Shown here piece by piece: positions 12,467 through 24,779 of a stretch of DNA of 64,000 nt. Below the pieces are notes generated by a model. That model was not told the DNA's origin, did not search any database, and saw nothing but the letters and a program-made list of their open reading frames with translations. Each line of letters opens with the position of its first letter. Position 1 is the stretch's first letter. Source of the stretch: Sphaerodactylus townsendi (taxonomy: Eukaryota); assembly GCF_021028975.2 (NCBI RefSeq), contig NC_059436.1, positions 26,846,001 to 26,910,000 of the forward strand. Reading direction: 5' to 3'. Made by a program: the position numbers and the translations under genes.

Positions 12467-14836
12467 TATAAATAAGAGGGTTGTTTTTTTTACAAAACAG
12501 GGAGTTTTAAGAGGGCACGGTATTTCAACCCTTTATTATCTGGAAACGAGCACTTGTTCCTTTTGCACTCCCTTCAAGGAAATTACAGTGGCCTCCTGCT
12601 ACAGCAGGGCCCTTCTTATAATCTTACATAGCTAGAGAAAACAATAGCTTCTGAGAGTAGACTCTATATGGCATCACATCCCTATTGAGCATTCTCCCTT
12701 CCCCAAAAGGGCCCTCTTTTTGATGATTACTCTTATTCATACTCTTATTTTCATGTTAGCTCTTCCTCCTCTTTTTATCCCCACCCAGTCTACATGCCAC
12801 AGCCTCGTGCCAGGGCCACTGTCATCAAACAGTTGACTCAGCCAAGACAGGCCAGACAATGGAGCAGTAGGCAGAGAATCTCCCTGTGCCTCAAACTCTC
12901 TTTATAGTCACCTGAGACATGATACATCTGAAAAATGTAATCTCAGAGTGCCTGAATCAGTATGTCAGGCACTCTTGGACTACTTTTCTCCGGATGCACT
13001 AAGATGTAGTGCCGTTAATGCATCAGAAAGAGTCTGAAGTACCAGCTGAGTTGAGGAGAGATTTTTGGCCCGGCAGGCAACATAGACAGGAGGAGGAAGA
13101 AAGTTTCTGTATCGGTTATATTATCTTTTCTCTTCCTCCTCTCTTCCCTACCGTCTGACTCCATGAACTCTAAACAAACATCCAGATACCAACATAACAA
13201 AAAAGTCAACTACCAGATGTGCTTTTGTTATAATGACATTAACAAAAAATGGCCTTTTAGCAGCCCCACACTTCAGCCAATATTTATTCTCTCTCTGCCC
13301 CCTCCCCAATTCCTTTCTGATCCCACCTCAGAAAAAGAACTGAGTCCAGATGCGCTTCAGGATTAGGACTTTTATTCAAGAATTTGTCTATGACCTGTAT
13401 GAATGTAGACTGCATCGAACTGAAGATGCTCATTATTCCATGGGTATCCGACCCTCTTTAGGGTTGCCATACATACATATACACACAAACATTCCTTGAC
13501 AGATATTCTGGGGCCTTCAGTAGCCACAAAGTTAAGGGAAACTGGATGGGCAGATCCAAAAGTTTGTTTGTCCAGTGGCAGGTGCTGGAGTGAATGTCTG
13601 CCAAGAAGCCACATGAACAGCTAGCTCCCACCAAGCCAAAAAATAAAAACAAACCCCCCTTCTCTAGAACTGAAGAATACTTAATGTGGCTGCTGGGCTA
13701 AATTGAATGGGAGGTGAACATCTTCAACCAGGAAGTTTACTTCAGAATATGTGGGAACCTGATGGTTAAAAAATCCTTTGTACATGTCCAGTGGCATTCT
13801 CTTCTTGTGGAACTTAGGGGGAAACCACTATACAGAGAGGAACATGAACCTGTTTTCCAGGTGGCTGGTGGGATGGAGTGTTCCAAACCCTTCCATGATG
13901 CTGCTTCTCTCCTTCCAGCTGTACCACAACATTTTAGTTTTTAAGTCCATGGACACTTTCAGTCTTTCCCAATACATTTCAAGCCATGTGACCCATTTTC
14001 AAGGTCAGCTTTAAAACTGGACAGCCTGAATTAAACCAGTAGAGGACAATGATGGGGAAATGGGAAAGGAAAAGGCAACAAGTACAAAGCTCCTAAGCAG
14101 CTTTGCCTAGAAATAGCTTCTCTTCGTGCTGATGCTTCTGTATTTTACCACATTTCTAACGTGGTAACAAAATAAGCCTGAAATGCTATATTCAAACTCC
14201 ATAACAAACAAGCAAGCAAGCTACTGCTTCTTAAAAGGGATAGGTTTACTTATGTCAGCTTTGTATCTTGCAAAGAATACTGGGAATCTATAGTTTTGTG
14301 AGGATGCTAAGAATTTAATGAGCTGGAACCCCATCACAGAATCACGGTGTCCAGAATCCCTCTGGAAGATAGAGCAAGCTGTTTACATGTGTAATGTAGA
14401 TGCACCAAAGAGCTGCCAGGATCTAAACACAATTCCCTTTAATCTGAAATTCTAACTGCCACCAGCTCTGTATCCCTGACTGGAGGGGAGTTAGGCTGTG
14501 TTTACTCAGTTACAACCGAAGCGAACTTGACATACATTCAGAGTAGCCGCAATTATGATTGCTATATAGGATCCAAAGTGGAACCCTGGTGCTGAAAGGT
14601 TTATGAATGCTGGCTCAATTGAGGCGTAACATGTAGTGTGGTGGCCTGTAAAATGTCCTATACATAAATATTCCTTTTCTTACCCCAGAGTGTGCTCTAC
14701 CAGTCAGCCTCATTCATCCTGAAATGGGGAAAGCTGACTACAGAGGGTGCCTATTGGCTAGTACTCTTTACATCACCACCACGCCTTCCCCTCCCTCAGA
14801 AATAGTTTTGCAATTGGTCTTAAAACGTTTTGCAGT

Positions 14837-14842
14837 TTTATT
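14837..14842 (-). terminator. Probable NKX6-3 poly(A) signal AATAAA
   Basis: AATAAA on the minus strand ~420 nt downstream of the stop codon. Confidence 0.5.
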
Positions 14843-15261
14843 TTTGATCAAGGGAAGGGTGAATGACATATATATTTATAAATGCTGACTGAAAACACTG
14901 TGGACAACCTGTCTTTAGTATGAGGAGAGACGGGACTGACAGCGGACTTGCTGGAGTATATGTGTAAGGCAAGTGGCCAGAATTACACGACGCCCAAAGG
15001 ACCTGCTGTGCCCCCATTAAAACATTCCCTCTGTCTTCACTCTGTGACCTGCATGCAATCCAACTGGGAGCTGACAAACATAATTGGGAGCTGATACCTC
15101 TTCTTAGCTCCTCCTCCCTTCAAGGCAGGCCTCTCAAGGAGCCCAGGCTACCTCAGCCCTCTCCTCCCCACCCTCATCACGAACTCCTCAAGTCCAGCTT
15201 ACCGATCCAGCCTCCACCCACTTTGGGCTACAGGTGCCTCCCCTCCCAGCAAAGGACGCCC

Positions 15262-15486
15262 TCAGCCACTGTGAGAACTGAGGCCTATGACAGAAAAGGC
15301 CGCCCGATGTTTGCGCAAGAGGAGGCGGATCTTCTCATCATCCAAGTCAGGGTCCAAGGGTTTGTTGTACTCGTCATCCTCGTCAGAGATGGAGCGTTCG
15401 CCTGATCCAGCCCCTGCCCGGGGAGAGGACGATGGCTCCAGGGCGCTCTTCTTCCTCCATTTGGTGCGTCGGTTCTGGAACCACAC
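15262..15486 (-). CDS. NKX6-3: NKX6-3 coding exon 3 (homeodomain end, NKX6 C-terminal motif, stop)
   Basis: VWFQNRRTKWRKKSALEP...EDDEYNKPLDPDLDDEKIRLLLRKHRAAFSVIGLSSHSG*; spliced CDS 777 nt = 258 aa. Confidence 0.97.
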   Translation of the reverse strand: MWFQNRRTKWRKKSALEPSSSPRAGAGSGERSISDEDDEYNKPLDPDLDDEKIRLLLRKHRAAFSVIGLSSHSG

Positions 15487-16059
15487 CTGGGAAGGAGGTG
15501 ATGGTATGTGGATGGTCAGCGATACCCAGTGCAAAGAGGTTCAAGATGCCAATTTTTCATCCTGGCAGGACTGGTACCTGTAAGGTTTTTTCCCCTTCAG
15601 GCAAATAGCAATTCTAAGACTGAGTTGGAATAATTAAAATCAGAATCTGGAACTAGGGAATGAGTTAAAAATGACCCAGGACTACGAGTCAATTTTCCCC
15701 TGCAGGTTTTTTTTTTAATTTCTGGAAAGCGTAACATCTCATCTTACAGAGCAGAGGAACAGGCAACAGGAGAAGCAGGCAGCTATAGCCTCTGTCAATA
15801 CCGTAGGCAGGCATTTGACACTTGGTACTTCTGTCCAAGTGTGGTGCAAACTGTCACTGCCCCAGGCTGATCACCCATGGAATGCTCCCATGCTGGATGG
15901 CACAGAATATGTACCCTGCTAGTAGATCTCTCTGGCAGATCCCTCACAGTTCATGTGGACAAGATTGCACAGATGCTTACAAGTTCTCTTTAGCCCGAGT
16001 CTGCAACTAGTTTTCCTGGCCGGTCACTTCAGCATGGGATTGAGGAGTGTCAGGTTGGC

Positions 16060-16585
16060 ATGGCAACCATCTCTCCCCCTGTGGCCCTACCCGACATTTG
16101 TGTTCAGCAGAGGCAAACCTACTTGTGGTCCCTGGCCCCTCAACAATGCCGCTAGCCTCCACTCAGGCCAGGGCTTTTACTGCCTTGGCCCCTGCCTGGT
16201 GGAACATTCTTCCTTCAGCCATCAGGGCCCTGTGGGACCTTGGACAGGGCCTGTAAAATGGGACCTTGGACAGGGCCTGTAAAACGGAGTTGTTCCACTG
16301 GGCTTTTGGGGAGACAAGCCACTGATTGGCCATCCCCAGCCATTCCCTGTATACCATCTTAACTGGTTGCCATTGTTGTACCTAGTCCCCTCCCAGGGGG
16401 GTAGGAGGCCTTTACCTCTGAGCTGCCATCTGTGGTTAGGTTTTTTGTTGTTATGATGTTATGTTTAAACATTTTGGTTTTAATTTCTTCTTGTAATTCT
16501 ATGTCTTTTAATGGGTTTTATCTTTGTATACCTCCCAGAGCCCTTCAGGGGTGGGCGGCATATTAAATTTAACAAATACATAAAT
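16060..16585 (+). mobile_element. L2-like LINE 3' fragment with a 26-bp internal tandem duplication
   Basis: RAF..APAWWN.LP-type C-terminal remnant, AT-rich 3' UTR, (TAAA)-type tail; tgggaccttggacagggcctgtaaaa x2 at 16233-16284. Confidence 0.6.
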
Positions 16586-16831
16586 ACTATCAAATTGCCC
16601 CCTAACAGTGGTTTGCTGTTAAGTTCAATTGCCCCTTCTTCCGATGACTCTTTTGCCTCTTTGGTTGTAGCACTTCTTAAAGGCAAATTTGGCCCAAAGG
16701 CTTCATGTTCCCAACCTACAGATCTTCAGGCAGATCTTCCCTTGGCTATCAGCACTAAGTACAGCTCCTGATGCCTGACTCAAAGGCTAGGGGATCAACT
16801 ACGGTATTGTGCCTAGGTATTGGAGACTCAC

Positions 16832-17001
16832 CTTCACCTGGGATTCACTCATGCCAAGGGAATATGCCAGTCGTGCCCTCTCAGGCCCAGCCAAGTATTT
16901 GGTCTGCTCAAAGGTTTTCTCCAGTGCAAAGATCTGGTGGCCTGTGAAGGTTGGCCGCGTGTGCTTCTTCTTGTGAAGGCCGTCCCCCATGTGCCCTGTA
17001 G
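16832..17001 (-). CDS. NKX6-3: NKX6-3 coding exon 2 (homeodomain helices 1-3 start)
   Basis: [47 protein letters not shown]; acceptor gcacag, donor AAG|gtgagt; 170 nt. Confidence 0.97.
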
Positions 17002-17489
17002 CTGTGCAGAGGGAGAGGGGCAGCATGGTCACTGACTGGCACCCAGCAGGCATAGAGCGATGTATTTCTTAATGGTGACCCAATGGCTGAGTGGTTCTCC
17101 ACAGACCTCCCAACAGACAAGGCAGTCCCTTCACCCCGGCTTCTCACACTCACTGCCATCTCCAGCACTAGATTGTTTTTTTGTCCCCACAGCAGCAAAG
17201 ATGCTTTTAAGAAAATGCACAAGCTCACATTGGTGTTTTGGGCCTTGTTCTTACAAGTAACTAGTGGCCCTCTAGAATAGCTGCCCACCAGGAACTTTAC
17301 CAGTATGTTAAAGGGTCAATCCTCTCCTGTTAGTTTCCTGTGTGCAGAGAGTTGATTATATGAAAGAATATTTAATTGTGTGGCCCCTTGACTCTTGCAG
17401 TCTGAGGTGATCCAGTCAAGAAACAGGTTTACCATCACATCTGTCGTTTGAGAGGCTTCAAGTGGTTTCCAGCAATTACATTTGTAGAG

Positions 17490-17672
17490 TATTGTTGAAG
17501 GCTTTCACGGCCAGATTCAACTGGTTTTTGTGGGTTTTCCGGGCTGTGTGGTCGTGGTCTGGTGGAAGTCACACTTCTCTCTGCGATACACCTCTGAAGA
17601 TGCCGACCACAGATGCAGGCGAAATGTCTACCAGACCACAGCCACACAGTCTAGAAAACCCACAGTAACCAA
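17490..17672 (-). mobile_element. Penelope-like (Poseidon-type) 3' end with inverted repeat, in NKX6-3 intron 1
   Basis: Inverted arms, degenerate hammerhead core at 17594-17628, 13-bp TSD TACATTTG(T/C)AGAG. Confidence 0.8.
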
Positions 17673-18768
17673 TACATTTGCAGAGATTACGCAGGATTAA
17701 CGCCAGGGTTTCTGCACAAAATACACAAAGTGTAAATGACAGAAGCACATCCTTAAAATCCACAGACAAATGCCTGGAAGCCCTGCTTCCCAAACAACAG
17801 GTGTGTGACTGTTATTCACACGTCATACGACAACTATGGAAAACACGCACCAAACATGATATCCATATAAAGTGAGGGGCCGCGTTTAGAGACCTCCTGA
17901 TCTATGCCAGGATATCTACAACTATTCGTTACCCAAGGACCCTGTATTTTTTTACAACAGCAACATGGGGGTTGCTTGCTATGGTTTTAATCTACTGCAT
18001 TGTAATAGAACATTTACAGGTCTGGTACCACATAGCAGGGCCAACAGGACAAGTCCTTCCCACCCAATTATTATTTCTGATCTGTGTCAAGTCATAACGG
18101 GATGGGAAGGACCACACGACTGGTCCTTGCCCAATGGATGCCTAGGCCTTTTAGCATCACAGCAGTACTGTGAGATGAAGCCACAGAAAAGTAACCTCTG
18201 TAGCCATTCACGTCATGTACAATGGGTACTCGGGCTGAGAAAGGTGACCCCCACGCACCATTTCTTCCTCCACTGAGAGTCACCTGCCACTTTCCCCAGC
18301 TCCATTTTTATTTGTTTTTTTGACAAACTGAAATTTTGCAAGCAAAGCTTTTCCTGACAAGCAATCAGCATTATGGAGGAAACACTCAACCTGCTTCATT
18401 TCTGTGAAGGATGAGAGCCCGGGTGCCAGGTATGGATACAAAAGGGGGGGGGGGGAGGACACAACTGTGAATGAGAGAGGTAGTGTAGGCTGGCTGCCGT
18501 AACCCACTTTTATCACCCTGTTTCAACCCACTGCAGCTGTGCATCGTCACCAAGACTCGGAGATCCGAAATAGACATGATGGCATCAGACATCTCAGTCA
18601 TTCCCATGCCTCATAGACAACTAAAGTTCAGTTTTGGCTTTCCAGTGCCAGAACGCCAGCATCATTATTATCTGCTAAGAGACTGAGCTTTGCAACTAAG
18701 AGCTAAGAGTTGTAGCTGAGATTGAGCTTAAATCTCACCTCTTGAAAGGGATATACCCTTTTTCAGAA

Positions 18769-18925
18769 GGCTGTGGTACCAGTGGTAGAGCACTTACGTT
18801 GCATGCGGTTAGTCCCTGGTTCAACCCCTGGCATCCCTGTCAAAACATCACTACTAGTGACAAGGAGAACTTCTTGAGTTAAAGCTAGATGGGCCGAAAG
18901 TCTGATCCCATTTCAGGCAGCTTCA
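18769..18925 (+). mobile_element. Old tRNA-derived SINE (related copies ~29580-29770 and ~63685-63850)
   Basis: agtggtagagca box A and ggttcaacccc box B followed by the family body; not a functional tRNA. Confidence 0.6.
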
Positions 18926-20621
18926 AAATCCTCAAGTATGGGGAGCTGAAGCCTTCCTTATCCTCCACACACACACCCAAGCGCCCCAGGCACTCGCCTT
19001 CTAATTCAGGTGGTTAAGTCACAAAGACTTCTGCTCCACTTAACAACGCACCCCCTCGCATGGCAAAATCATACCCAGGGCCCCTTCCCTTGCACATGGA
19101 CACGGCCAAATAAATGGAGCTGCCCTGTCACATCTAGTGTGGCCCTGAAACCCTGTTGTGGGGCAGCTTTTTATGTGTCCTTTTCAATAGCACTGACTGT
19201 TAACAGACCATAGACTCCCTGTCACTTTCTACCTCAGTGACAATTCCACTGACTAACATTTCAGCATGTCAGGCTGATGGGAAAGGAACACAAACAGGAT
19301 CAGGGGAAGAAGGGTGATGACCCTATGCTTTTGAACACCCTGGCTATAGGAAAGGGCACTCCTGTACCCCACAGTGTGTTTCCCAACCTGGTGATGTCCG
19401 TAGGATGGAAATCCAGGCCATGCCAATGCAATCTGGGCAGTGGGATTGTGGCAATCTGTGTGGGTGGTGTCACCCAGGGCCCTCTCCCCTGCGTCTCTGC
19501 CTGTCTCATCCTGGGTGGCTGTTGCCTCTCGCACAGTTCTTTTATTGGGCCCCATATCAGCAGCCCCCGGCTACCTGGCGCCGCCAGTCATTCCAAGGAG
19601 CACTTCTGTGGTAGCTGTCAACAAAGTTTGCTTGACTCCAGCAACCACTCCCATTCATTGCGGAAAAGAGCACAGACGAAGGGCTGAGAATTCACACACC
19701 TCCTCTGGGCAATTGTGCTTGAAATCAAACTAACTTTTTGGGGGGTATTTGGGCAATTTCTTTTTTGTTTTTTGGGGAAAAAGCAGAGACATGCCATACA
19801 TAGCTTTAGAGTATTTGGGAACCAAGCCCTTCAACTTGGATGATCTGCCACAATTATAGTAGCTACCAGTGGTTAGCTTAAACTTGGCAGCAGCTCTGTA
19901 CATGCTCAAGGGCATGTAGCTTTTGCCCTCGTTCAATTTCATTGCTCTTCCCTGCTGCTAAAAATGATGGTGCATTTCTAAACTGAGTACCAATCTAAAC
20001 ACACAATAGGTTTAGAAGAGTATAACTCAATTTAAGTTTGCATTGTTAATTGCATTGTTAAATTTGCTTCCTCGGAGCAGTGACCTGTTCTGTCACCAGG
20101 TCCACTGATGGCAGGATGGAAATATGATCATATTAACACTATTTCCACCACTTTCCTCTCTTCAAATCCCTCCTTAGCAAACCCATTGCTTCTGTGAAAT
20201 CCTGAATGTGACACCCCTCTAATTCTCATTCTCATTTACTGTGGCAAATCCTGCCTTTGCCTATTTGTCCTGATATCCCGACTCTTCCCCTTCACTCACT
20301 CTGTTGCAATTCACACACCCACACACACTGTTGCAATTCACACTGTAAGCTCATTGGGGCAGAGAGCCATTTGTAGTACTCTGAAAAACACCATGAACAT
20401 TAATGGTGCAACCCCCCCCCCCCCCCATAATTTCTTTGTATTTTTAAATCTCAGCATTGAAAACAGCTTCCAGGACCAAACCATGGCTCAGATTATGCCT
20501 TTTACTACAGAAAGCAAAAGTTTCCCCTGCAAAAAGAAAAAAAGAAAAGAGGAGTTGATGGTCACATCCTACACCTTGCATGCCCCCTAACAATGGCCCC
20601 CACACCTGGCTGGTTACTTAC

Positions 20622-21003
20622 GGTTGCTACATGGCCGACCGCCGTGCCAGTCCTGTCCTGTGCCTGCCCAATAGCTCCTGCCTCGGGCTGAGTAATCACT
20701 CCCTGCTTTGGAGAAGTTCCCCACTTGGGACCCGTAGTACATACTCTGAGTGCCCAGTCCATTGAATCCGCCAACATGGGAGTACCCAGAGAGGAGGCTG
20801 CTGTTCGGTGCAACCACGGGTCTGCTTAGGATGTCGCTGATGCCGTGCGGCGTGCCGGCCGCCAGCTGGGCGCTGAGTCCCGGCGCATTGAGCTTGTAGA
20901 AGGAGTTTTGCACAGAATACTGGCACATGGGGGCTTTCACCTCTGCGAAAGGGGGCAGAGACGGGTTGTTGAGTAGGAAGGTTCCCTGCAGGTTGGAGTC
21001 CAT
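20622..21003 (-). CDS. NKX6-3: NKX6-3 coding exon 1 (ATG at 21003; includes TN/eh1 repressor motif)
   Basis: MDSNLQGTFLLNN...GTPHGISDILSRP...PCSN; donor AACC|gtaagt; 382 nt, ends in phase 1. Confidence 0.95.
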
Positions 21004-24000
21004 GGTTTTGCTGCTTGCTGGGTGACAGTCAGAAAGGGTGTCCAACCACACAGCCTCTAGACTTCCAAGGGTGCACTGCACAGAAACAGTGCCATCACTG
21101 CAAAAACCGAGGGGGTCCTCTTGCCAGTCTTGGCTGACAGCACCTTTGCCAGTGCCCAGGTAGCTGGTACCCTCAAGCTGTGCTGTTCGCCAAGATAGCT
21201 GTAGCTCAAGCCCATCGGACGTGTGGCATGCAGGCCCCCATGAGTCCAGAGATTCTGAAACCAAGACTGACTGGCCACCAAGTTTAACTTCAAGAGAAGC
21301 TACCTTTCTTCCGATAAAATATGGGGCTTATTAGAATACCAGGCTTCAATTGGTTGATGTGCTGGGTCCCCCAGCTCTCATTGGGCTGGCCAAGGGCAGG
21401 ACCTGGATTGGCTGTTTCTAAACAAATTACCCTTTGAGAGATCGACGGTCAACACCAGAACCTTAACGCTTGGATAAGCTGCTAGAGTGGAGGGGTGGGG
21501 GAGGCAGAGCCTGCCTGCGCCTTGGATGTGTGATGGATTAGAGTGGGAGGGATGTGCATGCATTGTATGTATAGATGTGTGAAAGCAAGAGAAATAGGCA
21601 GAGCCAGCCAGCCAGCTATGCAGCTTTGCAGGGGATGAATAGAATACAGGTGCGTGCACAGAAGGACTTTGGAAGAGAACTGCAGGTGCACTAAATGACA
21701 GCAAAAGCACCAAATATGAGAGACCGACCGATCCAGTTCAGAGAGAGCACAGCCCACTAGAACTGAATGGGAGATGTGCAGTCCTGTTAATTCCTTGACC
21801 AGGGTTTGCTGCTGGGTTGTGCCCCATGTTAATTCTGCCATACTTGGCAAACATTTGGGCATCTCCAGGTCGGCTGTGAAGGCATTGTAACTGTGAGAAA
21901 TGGAGAGAACAAGACAAAAGCTCACACAGGGGTCTGTTTCACACCTGCAAAGGAATGAACTGGCAGAGGTTTCGGGTCATAGAAAGAAAACCAACGCAGC
22001 ATGCAAGAAGGGGGTAGGAATGCCCCCCCCCCACTGAGCTGGTTTTCTATTTACAGTGAAAGTTTTTTTTTCTTCAATTGATAAAACAAAATTCTAAGTT
22101 GAAATTTTCCACCTGCAGTCTGAACGCCCAGTCCAGAGCTCTGCCACTTTGTCCTCCTGCACGTAGGACGGGGATGTGACATGAATGAAAGGAGTGGCTT
22201 CCTTCGGTGCAAAATCAGCACTGGATTGATGGCAGACTCCAGAAATAGTTTTCAGAGCCTTGCCAGTTTTATCTCTTGACAAATCTCTTGTACTTTTGAG
22301 AGCAGACATCATGGGAGTTTCATGTCCTCCCCACCCTATTTTTTTAAAAAAGGAAAGTAACCTAGAAGGTAGTGATACAAAGCACAAGTGCATGGGTACA
22401 GGGTCTCCTTAACAGCACTTCCGACAGGTAGATGAATCACTAGTAGAGCTGCCCCTGGGTATCCTATGCACCTTGAAATCTCCAAAGGTCACAGAGAGAA
22501 TGCAACTTTTTGCGGCTCCTCTCACCAGCTCGCTTCCCTCCCTTACCTGCCAAGCAGTGAGAATAGGATTTTTGCAATTTGTGGCAGCTATCAGAATATT
22601 CTATGGCAATTCATCCTGTTCAGTTTTATCATGTACTACTGACAGGAGAAAGCAACCTCCACAGAAATGCATTTTAGGGAGATCCCCCCCCCACATATCA
22701 CTGGAGCCCCTGAGTAAGTTTACTGGATCAACCATGCAAGAAATTTTTTTTTCAAAACTACAGGTCTCCTAGAACTGCAGTCTGCAGGAGGTGGATTTCC
22801 TTTTGAAATGTTTCTCACTAAAATAATTCCTGGCATATGTAAAAGTAGCTCACCAGAGAGAGGCTATGCGAGATACTTTCTTCCCAATATACTGATTTTC
22901 TACTTTTTAACCACTGGAAAGTACTGTTTTAAAATGTGACCTCTTGCCCAGCCAGAGCTCAATAAGTTATACTTTCATGAACCATTCACACACAGGCACA
23001 CACGCACACACAATTCACACACCTCTCTAAAATTAACCAATTTGGGGTGGTGCATCCTCTTTACAACACACTAACAGCAGCGTACTACTAGAATTGGATC
23101 TGGGCTGTTTGCTGGCAGCTTTGAAAATTCCTCAGCAGGTGGAATGTTCACAAACACTTCACACCTCAGCAATAGTAGAGCTTTGTTTTTCATGTTGACC
23201 AGCTGATGCCAGGGTTCTCCCAGCCAACAGCTGTATTGTGCTCAAGAGCTGGAACCTGTGTTCACTGATTCCCCACTTTTTCGTCAAACCTATCTAAAAA
23301 AAAGAGACAAATCACTGAACTCCCCAAGGTTACTGCAGTCTCATGCTTTGCTCTGATGCCTCATTTGTGATCCTTGATAGTATCCAAAATTTAGGTCCTT
23401 TCTGCACAAGTTGTTCAGTCCATATCTTGCCAGCAAATACTATGTTTTTCTGTGGACTTCTACACGTTTTTCTCCTCGTTTGGCTCCAGAAACATCTCCA
23501 GTTAACTTTTCTCTGTTGTTTTCATGAACACTTTTACCACAATGTTTTGCTCAATCTGTTCCCAAACTAGCTTCCCTTAAGCATGCAATCATAATGATTC
23601 ATTGTTTAATTATTCACCCTGCCAAACCCCTGACCTTCATTCATGCTCCCGTGTAGTCCTGCAACCTCCCCTTCAGCCATTTCTCTCCCCCCACCCCATA
23701 CCCTTTCAGGGTGGATAGGACCAGCTTTGTCAATTTCACACAGAACTACCAAAGTTAGCCGTCATGCGCAGAAGCAAAAAGGCTGGATAGATTGGACCAG
23801 CTTTCACAATTTCACATAGAACACTCTCTTCACCTTGCACCATCCATCCTCTCTTTCAGCCATTTTTTACATTGGACAACCACTCCCTCCTCTATTTCCC
23901 CCCTGGAATTTTTTTTAAAATTTTCAAAGTCAGATTATCGATAGAGTGCTGTTAACATTTCTCTCCCCTTACTCCATTTTCAGAGTGAATCAGATCAGCA

Positions 24001-24779
24001 TTGTCAATTTCACATGGGACATTCCCTTCTCATGGCAGAACATCCTTCCTTGCAGGTATTCTCTCTTTCATTTCCTCCTCCCCTCCCTCCCTCCCTCCCT
24101 CAATTTTTTTTTAAAATTCTTAGAATGAGACTATTAATAAAGTGCTGGTGCAAATGGATGAATAAGTAGTAAGTTAATGTTGCCGAGGTAATGGTGGATT
24201 GCACCTTGGCTTGAGATGCAACATGGCAGATTGTGCCATTATGAGTACAAACTTTTCCAAATTCAAAGGGCCTGAAGGGAAATGCACTGAATATACAACT
24301 GACAGATTATCCAGTGTGCACTAAAAATGGCGCTCAGCTAGAAGTGCACATCACAGAATCTTATGGAAGAATGAGGACAGTTTTTCAAAAATGGCGCATG
24401 GTTGCAGTGACCCATCAGGGCAGACTGAGCTAAGTCATGTGGCTGCATCAGCAATGTGACAGAATGCATCATCACTAGAGCATCTGTGCAAAGAGAGAGA
24501 GAGAGAAATAGGGTAATAATTCCCCATGTCATGATAGACATGAACCCCCCCCCTCCCCCTCCCAGAATGAATTGCCTCCCATGTAAACAAGATGAAACGG
24601 ACCGAATTGAACAGAAACGTTTGGAATGTGTAGACAAAATTCATGGGAAACGACTGGATCGACAACACCTAAATTATGGGGTAAATGCAGGGTGAAGAAA
24701 ATGGCTGAGCTTTGACTCAATGATCAAACAAGTGACATCAGGAAGCCAGTCAAGAAGAAGAAGCATCAGAGCCTATGTT

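Noticed and set aside
21004-21264. 87-codon in-frame N-terminal extension of NKX6-3
   Set aside because: Begins at TTG with no upstream in-frame ATG; the ATG at 21003 has a good Kozak context (ACCATGG) and matches the known N-terminus.
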